Positions 53,913-63,311 of a DNA stretch of 64,000 nucleotides are shown in pieces. The position numbers and the translations under genes are program-made. Within the stretch, counting starts at the first letter, position 1. Each line of letters opens with the position of its first letter. The notes under the pieces are model-generated. The model was not told where the DNA came from and searched no databases. It saw only the letters and a list, made by a program, of their open reading frames with translations. Source of the stretch: Myxococcales bacterium (GTDB lineage: Bacteria; Myxococcota_A; Polyangia; Polyangiales; DASUME01); contig JASGJH010000001.1 in NCBI GenBank assembly GCA_047601445.1, forward strand, positions 6,624,001-6,688,000, given 5' to 3'.

Positions 53913-55802
53913 CTACGGAGGGAAGCTCGCCGGTAGGTCCGCCAAGACTTCCGAGGTGGTGCGCGTGGTGGTGAGGCCCGCGGTGCTGACTTTCACCACG
54001 CCTGCGCTCGCGTTCTTCACGGTGGAGGTGGTCGCGGGCAGCCAGCCGGCCTGGAAGTTCGGCAAGCTCACGAGCTCCTGGGGGAACTTGATGCTGTGTA
54101 TGGTCTCGCCGACTGGGAACCAGCCTGCCTCCGCGTGGACCGTGAAGATGTGGGCGTTGGGCACGGCTACGTAGTTGAAGCCCAGCGTGTACTCGGTGGC
54201 CCCGGGATCGTCGTCGAAGTTCGCCTCGGGCGCGAAGTGGTCGTAGCCACCCGACTGCAGGAGGCTGGCGCTGAAGTCGACCGGCAAGGTCACCGCATAG
54301 GGAGAGCCGGCGGTGGTGTAGGCCTCGACCGTGTGCGTGTGGCTGCTGTCGGGGCTGTCGGAGGCGACGAAGTGCAGTCGATCGCTCGGTATGCGATTGG
54401 CGTTGGGCAAGGTCTTGAAGTTGACCGTGGCAGTGGAGCCCGCTGGCACAGGATTGTCCGAGATCTTCATGCCCAGGTCGGCATTGCTGACGGTGAACTC
54501 CACGTAGGCCTGCGGGGCCGCGCTGACCACGCCGGAAACGTTAAGCGTCTCCGCCTGAGGAGCGAAGCCGCCCGTGTCCAAGTTCACGCCCTGGAAGTCG
54601 CTCGACGGGAGCTTGATGTTGCGGAAGACGTTGATTCTGATTGGTGCGCCGCCGCTGTCGATGCCGAAGACGATGTCGGAGGCCTGGTTGGCCACGAGCT
54701 TGTCCATCGAGTAACTGAGGTCGCTTGGATTGCTCCAGCCCTTGAGGTTGTTGTACCACTTGTGCGCGTACCGGAAGTTGCCGGCAGTGGGGTTGGTGGG
54801 CGGCGTGATGCTGCCGCTGCGCGACACCTGCGTGGGCCCACTGCCCGTGCAGTAGGCCATCTGCTTGATGAACACCGCGGCATGCGACGCGGGCGCGAAC
54901 AACACCTGACCGCTCGAGGCGCTGCCCGAGCACACGTAGGCAAGGCCGTAGCGCGGCGAGCTGACCTTGAAGATGTAACTGCCCGTCGATGCAGCCGACA
55001 GCTCCTGCCAGGGACCATTGCCATCCTGATAGGCGAACCAGGTTTGATTGGCGGGCGCGCCCCAGGGATTGGTGCTGGACACGATGATGGTGGTGTCGGC
55101 CACGGCCGCATCGGGTTGGCCCGTGCCCCCATCGGGAACACTCACGCTGCCGTCCTTGAAGGGCGCGCCCGAGTCGATTGCGCCCGCGTCAGTGCGGGTG
55201 CCCAGCCCCGAGTCCATACCTCCGGTGTCGCCCGCGTCGGGCTCGCCGAGTCCGGCATCCATGCTGCCCGGGTTGCCCGCGTCGGGCCCGCCGACGCCTG
55301 CGTCGAAGTTACCCGCATCCGCAGGAATGCCCGCGAAACCGAGGCTGAAGTGCTTGGTCTTGGCGGCCACGGACTTGCCGTCGTTGGTGCTCGCGAGCTT
55401 CTCGAACTCGGTGTCGGAGCCCTCCTTGGTGAAGAACACCTTGGCCTGGGGCTCATCCTTGTCCGTGTCGATCTTGACCGTGACTTCCTTGTTGAACGTG
55501 GTGCCCTTGGGCCCGAACTCGTAGACCCCGGAGACCAGGTCCTTGGCTTCGGCTGGCAGCGTGACCTTGTCGGTGTCGATCTTCTTGGCGGAGATCATCA
55601 CATCTTTGTCGAGGGCGCCCGCCGGGATCTCCAGGCTCACGCCCTTGCCCTGCACCATGCCGCCCTTCTCGCCGACGATGACTCTGACCTCGTCGGGCAG
55701 CGTCTCGCCTTGCTCATCGGGGGAGGAGGTGTCGGAGCAGCCCACGAAACCTGCGCAGCAGACCACCACGGCCAAGCCGCGAACCAAGTGACCCAATGAC
55801 AT
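53913..55802 (-). CDS. Lipoprotein with ZU5-like N-domain, DAG-rich linker and beta-rich C-domain (paralog 2)
   Basis: Lipobox FVGC; GG...LEIPAGAL, YEFGPKG, KHFS. Confidence 0.85.
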   Translation of the reverse strand: MSLGHLVRGLAVVVCCAGFVGCSDTSSPDEQGETLPDEVRVIVGEKGGMVQGKGVSLEIPAGALDKDVMISAKKIDTDKVTLPAEAKDLVSGVYEFGPKGTTFNKEVTVKIDTDKDEPQAKVFFTKEGSDTEFEKLASTNDGKSVAAKTKHFSLGFAGIPADAGNFDAGVGGPDAGNPGSMDAGLGEPDAGDTGGMDSGLGTRTDAGAIDSGAPFKDGSVSVPDGGTGQPDAAVADTTIIVSSTNPWGAPANQTWFAYQDGNGPWQELSAASTGSYIFKVSSPRYGLAYVCSGSASSGQVLFAPASHAAVFIKQMAYCTGSGPTQVSRSGSITPPTNPTAGNFRYAHKWYNNLKGWSNPSDLSYSMDKLVANQASDIVFGIDSGGAPIRINVFRNIKLPSSDFQGVNLDTGGFAPQAETLNVSGVVSAAPQAYVEFTVSNADLGMKISDNPVPAGSTATVNFKTLPNANRIPSDRLHFVASDSPDSSHTHTVEAYTTAGSPYAVTLPVDFSASLLQSGGYDHFAPEANFDDDPGATEYTLGFNYVAVPNAHIFTVHAEAGWFPVGETIHSIKFPQELVSLPNFQAGWLPATTSTVKNASAGVVKVSTAGLTTTRTTSEVLADLPASFPP

Positions 55803-55888
55803 CGATTGCCCTTCTCGAGCGCGACGGCGCGCCTAGTGATCGTACGGGTGACTGAGCGCCGCACACAAGCAGCACACTCGGGGCAGGC

Positions 55889-57697
55889 TCACTGGGGGAG
55901 GTTGGTCAACGAGCCCTGGCTGACGGCTCGCGCGCGCAGCTGGCTGCCCGCGCTGTCGTCGATGAACATGCCGCAGGCCTCGGTGTTTACGTAAGACAAC
56001 TGTGGGGGCGCCCATGCGGCCTTGAACTGGGGCAAACCCGTGAGGTCCGGATAAACCAGGGTGTGGTTGGTGCCGCCATCGACCATCAACCAGGCGCGCT
56101 CCCAGCTCATTTCCACGTAGCCCGTGTTCCAGGAGAAGTTCAGGCCATAGGTGTTGAAGCTGGGGTCTTCGTCGAATTGCATGCTGGGTGCGAAGCGGGA
56201 CTCGTCGGCCAGCGAGACGTCTGCGGCGAACAGGGGCGGCATGCTGATGTTGGGCCCGGAAGAGGTCGTGAACAGCGTCAGGTCGCGATAGCCGCCGCTC
56301 ACGGTGTCCATGACGTAGTACCGGATGCGATCGCTGGGATCCTTGAGCCCTGCGGGCAACGAGGTCACGGGGGCGGTGGCGTTCTTGCCATCGAACTCCA
56401 CCGTGCCGAGCACATCCATACCCGCGCTCGCACCGGACACGGTGTACTGCGCGCTGATGATGTGCTCGGCGCCCAGATCGCCTACCTGCAGGGTGCCGAA
56501 CTCGGGGGCCGCGCCGGCGTCGAAGAAGTTGAGGTCGATGCCGCTCTCGTCGCCGGCGAGCGTCACGTCGCGCAACACGTTCACCTTCACGAAGTTGCTG
56601 CCATCGTGCAGACCCACCACGAGGTCGGTGGTCTTGCCGGGGATGAAGCCGGGGATGCTGTAGGCGTACTCAGGATCGGCGAAGGGCGACACGTCGGCAA
56701 ACCAGCGGTGACCGAAGCGCACCTCGCCGTTGGTCACGCTGGCCGGGGCCAGGATGTTGCCCGAGCGCGCGACCGTGATCGGCAACGGTGCGCAGTCGCC
56801 CTGGGCTTCGATGGTGAGGGTGGCCGTGGTCTTGCCGGCGTGGATGATCTGCTGCCGCGGCTGCTCACCGTCGCACACCGCGACGAAGCTGTAGCGCTCG
56901 CCCTTGATGTCGAAGCGATAGATGCCGGCCGACTCTGCCGTAATGACCTGCCAGGCGCCGTCGCCGTCCTGGAACGCGGCCCAGGTCTGGCTCGTGGGGG
57001 TGCCGTAAAAGTCGTAGCTGCGCACGGTGACCTTGGGCAGCGGCGTCACGCCGGAGTCGCTGGTCGTGCCGCCGTCGGGGAGCGTGACGCCCGCGTCGAG
57101 CTTGGCGCCGGCATCGGGCGCGCCCGTGCTCGCATCGTCGTCGCCGGCATCGAGTCCACCATCGCCGGTGCCGGGATCGATGGGACCCGCGTCATGGCCC
57201 GCGTCCATCACGGCGACGTCGTCGGCAGGGACGCCGACGAAGCCGAGGCTGAAGTGGTTGGTCTTGGCGGAGACTTGCTTGCCGTCATTCGCGCTGGCCA
57301 GCTTCTCGAAGTCGGTGTCGGAGCCTTCCTTGGTGAAGAACATCTTGGCCCCGGACGTTGCCTTGTCGGTGTCGATCTTGACGGTGACGTCCTTCATGAA
57401 CTTCGTGCCCTTGGGACCGAACTCATAGACGTCCGAGACGACGTCCTTGGCGGAATCGGGCAGGCTCACCTTGTCCGTGTCGATCTTCTTGGCCGAGATC
57501 ATCACGTCCTTGTCGAGTGCGCCCTCCGGGATCTCGAGGCTGACGCCGTTGGCTTGCACCACGCCGCCGCCCTTGCCGACCTGGACTACGACTGCGTCGG
57601 GGAGCTCGCTGTCTTGGTTGGGATCGTCAGAGCAAGCCACGACGCCCGCGCAGCTCAGCAAGAGGGCGAGGCAACGCATCGAATTACGCAGTGACAT
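55889..57697 (-). CDS. Lipoprotein with ZU5-like N-domain, DAG-rich linker and beta-rich C-domain (paralog 1)
   Basis: Lipobox VVAC; LEIPEGAL, YEFGPKG, NHFS; AAGGA RBS. Confidence 0.85.
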   Translation of the reverse strand: MSLRNSMRCLALLLSCAGVVACSDDPNQDSELPDAVVVQVGKGGGVVQANGVSLEIPEGALDKDVMISAKKIDTDKVSLPDSAKDVVSDVYEFGPKGTKFMKDVTVKIDTDKATSGAKMFFTKEGSDTDFEKLASANDGKQVSAKTNHFSLGFVGVPADDVAVMDAGHDAGPIDPGTGDGGLDAGDDDASTGAPDAGAKLDAGVTLPDGGTTSDSGVTPLPKVTVRSYDFYGTPTSQTWAAFQDGDGAWQVITAESAGIYRFDIKGERYSFVAVCDGEQPRQQIIHAGKTTATLTIEAQGDCAPLPITVARSGNILAPASVTNGEVRFGHRWFADVSPFADPEYAYSIPGFIPGKTTDLVVGLHDGSNFVKVNVLRDVTLAGDESGIDLNFFDAGAAPEFGTLQVGDLGAEHIISAQYTVSGASAGMDVLGTVEFDGKNATAPVTSLPAGLKDPSDRIRYYVMDTVSGGYRDLTLFTTSSGPNISMPPLFAADVSLADESRFAPSMQFDEDPSFNTYGLNFSWNTGYVEMSWERAWLMVDGGTNHTLVYPDLTGLPQFKAAWAPPQLSYVNTEACGMFIDDSAGSQLRARAVSQGSLTNLPQ

Positions 57698-58066
57698 AGG
57701 AGTGTCCTTGTGAAAGCGGAGTCGCTGAGAGGGAAGGAGAAGGATGTAGATCAAAGCCGTGGTTCCGGGGCTGGCTACCTGATCGGGTAGTTCGGGGCCT
57801 GCTCGTTTCGGGCGATGAGCCACCCAAACTAGCCACGACTCCAGCGCAGTTCGCCGACGAGGCGAGACCGCGCGCCCAACTTCCCGAAGCCATGTTTCGT
57901 GTCCCCACCGCGACGCGTGTGGGCCGATGTTAAAGGGCGGCGTACGTCGGGCACAAGAAGCAGGCTCGATTTCCGCTCACATGTTTCCGTCCGCGCGCGC
58001 TTTTCCCCTGCGAAGCGGCGCTGCGCGGTGCCCGAGGGGGACGTGAGCGACCTGTACGGCGATGAA

Positions 58067-59318
58067 TCAACACTCGGCCCAGCGCAGCAGGCCCTCCCAT
58101 GGTGGGAGTCCATCGTGCAGCGCGTGGAGCGGCGGTGTCTGCATGCTCCCCACATCGCACACGCGGGGGGCCAGCCGGGGAGGCAGGTTGCTCAGGAGCG
58201 CGTCCCAATCGTGCACGCCCGCCACGCCCAGGGTCTTGAGGTGCACCCCCAGCGGAGCCAACTTGGCCGGCAAATCCTTGGCGCTCGCGAGTCCCAGCAC
58301 CTGCAGGTTGCGATAGCCCGGGGTCAGGCGTAGGGCGCCGCGCTCCTCACAGCACACCGAGAATCCGTCGCCCTCGAGCAGGCGTCCGCGCATCGCCCCC
58401 ACGCCGCGCCAGCTCACCTGGGCGCTGGCGATTTCGAGGGGCAAGGTGCCCCGCGGCAGCGTGGCATGTAGCGCCTCGAGCTCCGCGAACACCAGCTCGC
58501 CGAACTCCTCGAGCCCCACGTTCGCGCCGTTCACGACCCAGGCCACCAGCGGCGAGAGACAACCGCGTTGATCGTAGGCTGCCACGTCGAGCGCGAGTCC
58601 GCGGGCCACCTCGCGTGCGCTCTCGAAGCTGGCGAGGGCTGGCTTGTCCACGAACACCGCCCCCAGGCCATGTCCGTGGGGCACGAAGCTCACGGTGGCG
58701 CCGAGGTTGCCGCGGATTCTCGTTTAGCGTGCGGTCGCTGCCGTAGGCGATGACCGCGTCGGCCTGCTCGAACAGGGCGTTCAGATGATGGCTCTCGTCG
58801 CCGGCGAAGGTGGCCACGCCGAAGGCATCGCTGAGGCCCGAGTCGCTCTCGTCGAGGGCCTCCTTGAGCAGGCGCGCGAACACGTCGTCATCGGAGGAAG
58901 CCTTGGCCACCACGGGCCAGCCGAACAGGAGCGGCAGTGCTGCGCCGCGTGCGCCCGCCGTGAACACGTTGCCCGCCAAGATCAAGGCGCACAGCTGTCC
59001 GGGTCGCACCAGGCGCGCGCGTGGATGGGGAGGCTTCACGCTCCTGGCTAGGGCCAACAGGTTCGGTTCACTGAGGTCCGCGAGGGCGTGCTCGAGGGCC
59101 CAGGCCACCATGGGTGCGCTCAGGCCCGAGCTCTCCGGGATCTCCGCGCGCGCACGCTTACCGAGCGTGCTGTCCTTGGCGAGCAACAGCTCGAAGGCGC
59201 GCCCGAGCCAGCGCGCACGGCCCGCGTAGTCCGCGTGCCACAGCGCATCGCCACGCGCCACCACCTGGGTGGCCAGCGCGCGCACCGAGCGGCCGTCTCG
59301 GGTGACGCCGTGGATCAT
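58067..59318 (-). CDS. LuxC-like acyl reductase, split by an apparent +1 frameshift near 58717
   Basis: LAGNV, KASS and AYGSD in the upstream frame; VPHG and YDQRGCLSP (catalytic Cys) in the downstream frame; removing one base joins them (NE-IRGNLGATVSF). Confidence 0.85.
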
Positions 59319-60430
59319 GAGGTCCTCCGCTGCAGCAGCTGGTCGGCCGTGATGGAGCAGCCGCGCGCCACCGCCCCCTGGGCGCGCCCGAGCAGCGAAA
59401 GGCCATGTGCGTCGAGCTGGCCCAAGTCAGCAGTCTGGATGGCACCCACGCTGTCCAAGTTGGCCACGTCGTCGATGCGCACGAGCCCGCGTTCACCGTC
59501 GGCTGCGGGCAACAGCGATTCCGGATCCACCACGCTCACACGTACGAAGCTCGGGGCCCACAGCCGACGCGGCCCGACCTGTTGGCCGAGTACTGCCTGG
59601 CGCAGGCTGGTCTCGTAGAGCTGCGACGAGAGCTCGGTCATGCCGTACTCCGCCACGACGAATGCCTCGGGGATGCCGAAGCTCTCGCTCAGCCATGCCC
59701 GCATGGCCTCCGGTGCCACCTCACGTGAACGACCCTTGAAACCGCCCGTCTGCATCACGCGGCTGCCCGGCGGCAGCCGATACTTGGTGCTGCCCAGGAG
59801 ATCGAGCGCATGCACGAAGGCGAACGACGTCCCGAGCAAGGCCACTGGCTCACCGGTCTCCTCGGTCGCGCGCAGCGTGTGATCGAGCGCCCTGATCTCG
59901 TCTTCACCGATGGGCCAGACGTGGCGCGTGCGTCCGTTGCCGAACCACTCCACGAAGCGCGCCAACATGTACGAGAGGGACGAGTCGCCGAGCTCGGACT
60001 CCGAGGGAGCGAGAATCAACAGCGACATGCGCGGGCGGTCCGGGAACAGCGCGTAGCGCGCGGCCACCTTGGCGGAGGCGTCGTAGAGCGAGAGATCGGC
60101 GAGCGCATGCTCGCTGCGCTCGTCGTGGGTAGTGCCGGAGCTGCGGAACAGGCGCTGCTGATCCTGCGGGTGTCGGCTCGAGATGCGAGCGAACCGGAAG
60201 GCGTCGGTGGGCAGCGCGGGCACGTGGGCCACGTCGACGGGAGTCTTGCCCTTCAGGCGCTGAGTGCTGAAGTTCTCGTAGGGTTGCACGTAGCGGCGCT
60301 GGTACTCGGCCAGCGCAAGCAGGAGCCTGTCGCGGGTGACGTCGTCACGGGTGCCGTCGCTCAGGCGTGCGATCAGAGCGAGGGCACGCCCATGGAGCTC
60401 GGCGCGTTCGTGGGCCTGCTCTGGCGTCAC
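59315..60430 (-). CDS. LuxE-like acyl-protein synthetase
   Basis: FRSSGTT, MQTGGFKGR, EYGMTELSSQ, TADLG, LLGR, C-terminal RGCS; GTG start overlapping the upstream stop. Confidence 0.88.
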   Translation of the reverse strand: MTPEQAHERAELHGRALALIARLSDGTRDDVTRDRLLLALAEYQRRYVQPYENFSTQRLKGKTPVDVAHVPALPTDAFRFARISSRHPQDQQRLFRSSGTTHDERSEHALADLSLYDASAKVAARYALFPDRPRMSLLILAPSESELGDSSLSYMLARFVEWFGNGRTRHVWPIGEDEIRALDHTLRATEETGEPVALLGTSFAFVHALDLLGSTKYRLPPGSRVMQTGGFKGRSREVAPEAMRAWLSESFGIPEAFVVAEYGMTELSSQLYETSLRQAVLGQQVGPRRLWAPSFVRVSVVDPESLLPAADGERGLVRIDDVANLDSVGAIQTADLGQLDAHGLSLLGRAQGAVARGCSITADQLLQRRTS

Positions 60431-61752
60431 GACAGGCACTCCGCGAGCGCTTGGGCGAAGGCGTCGATCTGGGCGTCGGTGATGCACAAGGGCGGCGTGA
60501 GGCACAGCACGCTGGGCGGGGAACCTCCGGGCGAGGTGATGAAGCCCTTCTCGAGCAGAGCGCGCGTCAGCCACAGCACACGCGCTGGATTCGCCTCGGC
60601 TTCGACCTTGGTGAGCTCCACGCCCAGCAACAGGCCGCGACCGCGTACGGCCACGCCCGGGACACGCTCGATGGCACGGCGCATGCGCTCGCCGCGCTCC
60701 ACCGCGCGCGCGCCCACGTCCATGCGCTCGAACTCGGCCAGCACGCTCAGCGCGGCGGCGCAGGCCGGCGGATTGCCGAGGAAAGTGGAAGTGTGGATGG
60801 CCTCCCCGCCCGGGTCGCCCCAGGCGCGCATCACTTCTTCGCGGCCCAGGCAGGCGCTGATCGCCACGCCGCCACCGAGCGCCTTGCCCAAACAGATCAG
60901 ATCCGCCTCGGCGCCCATCTCCAGATGCAACCAGGTGGGACCGGTGCGCCCGAGTCCGGTGTAGATTTCGTCGACGATCAGAAGCGCCCCCTGCTGCTTG
61001 CAGATCTCGGACAGCTCCTGCAGAAAACCCGCCGGCGGCACGTGGACGCCGCCGCGACCCTGGATCGGCTCCACCAACAGCGCACCCACGTTCTCGGGCA
61101 ACGTGGCGAACGCGCGCGCCACGCTCTCGAGGCAAGCCTCCAGCTCGTCGGCGTGGCGCGGGAAGCGCGCGAACGCCACGTGCTGATTGAGCTGAGCCTG
61201 GAAGGGTGCGCGGAAGCCTTCGCTATAGCCACAGGCCGCGAGTGGCCCGTGCGAGAGCCCGTGGTAGCCGCCCTCGAAGGCGATGACTCCCGGGCGCCGC
61301 GTGTAGAGCACGGCCGTCTTGAGTGCGGCCTCGATGGCATCGGCGCCACTCAAGCCGAGGATCACACGCGCGGCCGGAAAGGGGGCACGCCGTGCGAGCT
61401 CCTTCAAGAGCTGCACCTTGGTGTCCGAAGGATGCACGTCGCCCAGCGCATGCAGGAGGTTCTCTTGCTGGATACTCAGGGCCTTCACCACGCTCGGATG
61501 GGCGTGCCCGAACATGGCTGCGCCGAAGCCCGCGGTGAGATCCACGAATACGTTGCCGTCCACGTCGCGCACGTTGGCCCCGCGGGCGCTCTGCCAGCTG
61601 ATGGGGTCGTGGGAAGCGCCACTCGCTTCCTTGCGCCGCGCCCGCCGTGCCGTGAGTGCCGGACACTCCACCTGGGACAGGGTCTCCGCCAGGGCCGCGG
61701 AGCGCGGACCCGGGATTTCTGTGAGCAGGCTGGGCAATTCTTCGCCGAACAT
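60427..61752 (-). CDS. Class III PLP-dependent aminotransferase
   Basis: DVDGNVFVDL, GGYHG, VEPIQGRGG, DEIYTGLGRTG, GKALGGG, RGRGLLLG. Confidence 0.95.
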   Translation of the reverse strand: MFGEELPSLLTEIPGPRSAALAETLSQVECPALTARRARRKEASGASHDPISWQSARGANVRDVDGNVFVDLTAGFGAAMFGHAHPSVVKALSIQQENLLHALGDVHPSDTKVQLLKELARRAPFPAARVILGLSGADAIEAALKTAVLYTRRPGVIAFEGGYHGLSHGPLAACGYSEGFRAPFQAQLNQHVAFARFPRHADELEACLESVARAFATLPENVGALLVEPIQGRGGVHVPPAGFLQELSEICKQQGALLIVDEIYTGLGRTGPTWLHLEMGAEADLICLGKALGGGVAISACLGREEVMRAWGDPGGEAIHTSTFLGNPPACAAALSVLAEFERMDVGARAVERGERMRRAIERVPGVAVRGRGLLLGVELTKVEAEANPARVLWLTRALLEKGFITSPGGSPPSVLCLTPPLCITDAQIDAFAQALAECLS

Positions 61753-61933
61753 CGCAGCGAGTGTACCCCCGGGAACGCCCGCTGCCCATGCCCGCGGCGC
61801 GTAGCACCTGGGCCCCCCGCGACGACCTGAAAGCCCATGAGCCGCTCCCGGAGTTCACGCGCCCTTCGCCGAGCGCACTCGAAGCTGCGCGGCGTGCGCC
61901 CGTGAGCGCGCGCTTCCAAACAAGGGGGATCTC

Positions 61934-63224
61934 GTGACGCAAGACGCCATCCTGCTGCACGGCGTGCGGGTGTTCGACGGCCATCACGGAAGCCTCCGGG
62001 AAGCCTGTGATGTGCTCGTGCGCGGTCGTCACATCGACTCCATCGGACCCGTTTCGGATCATCCACCGTCGGGCCCTGGCTTGAAGGTGATCGAGGGCAA
62101 GGGACGGGTGCTGATGCCGGGCCTCATCGACGCCCATTGGCACAGCATCTTCGCCGCGATCTCCCTGGCCGACGGCTACACCGCCGATGCTCCCTTCTTG
62201 CACCTTGTGGCGGGCCGCGAGGCCGAGCGTACGTTGCTGCGCGGCTTCACTACGGTGCGCGACGCGGGTGGGCCTGCCTTTGCGCTCAAGCGCGCCATCG
62301 ACCAGGGCATCCAGCCGGGTCCGCGCATCTTCCCGTGTGGGGCTTTCATCACGCAGACCTCGGGCCACGGCGACTTTCGCATGCGCCACGAGCTCCCGCG
62401 CGATCCATGCCGGCACCTCACGCACACCGAGATGATGGGCGCGGCTAGTATCGCCGACGGAGCGAGCGCCGTGCTCCGCGCCGTGCGCGAGCAGCTCATG
62501 CTCGGGGCCAGTCAGATCAAGTTGATGGCCGGGGGGGGGCGTCTCCTCGCCGCACGATCCCATCGACGTCACGCAATACACGGAGGCCGAAATGCGCGCC
62601 GCCGTCGAGGCCGCGGACAACTGGGGCACCTACGTGATGGTTCATGCCTACACGCCGAGGGCGATCGAGCAGGCCATCCGCGTGGGCGTGCGCTGCATCG
62701 AGCACGGGCACTTGGTGGACGAACCCACCGCGCAGCGCATCGCCGAGACGGGCACCTGGTGGAGCATGCAGCCGTTCCTCGACGATGAGGACTCCATCCC
62801 GCTGCCTGACCCGTCCGCACGCCAGAAGCAGCTCGAGGTCATTGCGGGCACCGAGCGCGCGTATGCGCTAGCCAAGAAATGCGGCGTGAAGCTGGCCTGG
62901 GGAACCGACGTGTTGTTCGATGCGTCACTCGCGGCGCGCCAAGGGAAGATCCTCGCCAAGATGACGCGCTGGTTCAGCCCCGCTGACGTGCTGATCTCGG
63001 CCACCTCCGGCAATGCGGAGCTGCTCGCGCTCTCGGGCAATCGCAACCCCTACGCAGGAAAGCTCGGCGTGGTGGAGCGCGGCGCGCTCGCGGATCTACT
63101 CCTGGTGGATGGCAATCCGCTGACGGACGTTTCCTTGCTTGCCCGTCCGGAGCGCGCGCTGGTGATGATCATGAAGGACGGCGTGATCCACAAGGACACC
63201 AGCGGCGAGCTCAATCAGCGCTAG
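61934..63224 (+). CDS. Metal-dependent amidohydrolase (prolidase-like), frameshifted in a G9 tract at 62531-62539
   Basis: PGLIDAHWH and GFTTVRDAGG in the first frame; HAYT, IEHG and GTD in the second; G8 restores GGGVSSPHDP. Confidence 0.88.
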
Positions 63225-63311
63225 CTATGCGGGCCGCCAAGCCCCTGGGAGAAGCACGTCGGCGGTGCCGCGCACTGATGCTGAAAAACGCTGCAGTAGA
63301 AGGTCTGCGCG

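Noticed and set aside
54096..57694. Plus-strand 567- and 543-aa ORFs
   Set aside because: Antisense shadows of the two lipoprotein genes
58067..60430. Bioluminescence operon
   Set aside because: No luxA, luxB or luxD in the window; ribA is more than 20 kb away and coupled to prfA
59315..61135. 606-aa extended LuxE ORF
   Set aside because: The extension overlaps the aminotransferase in another frame; the GTG at 60430 gives a normal coupled start
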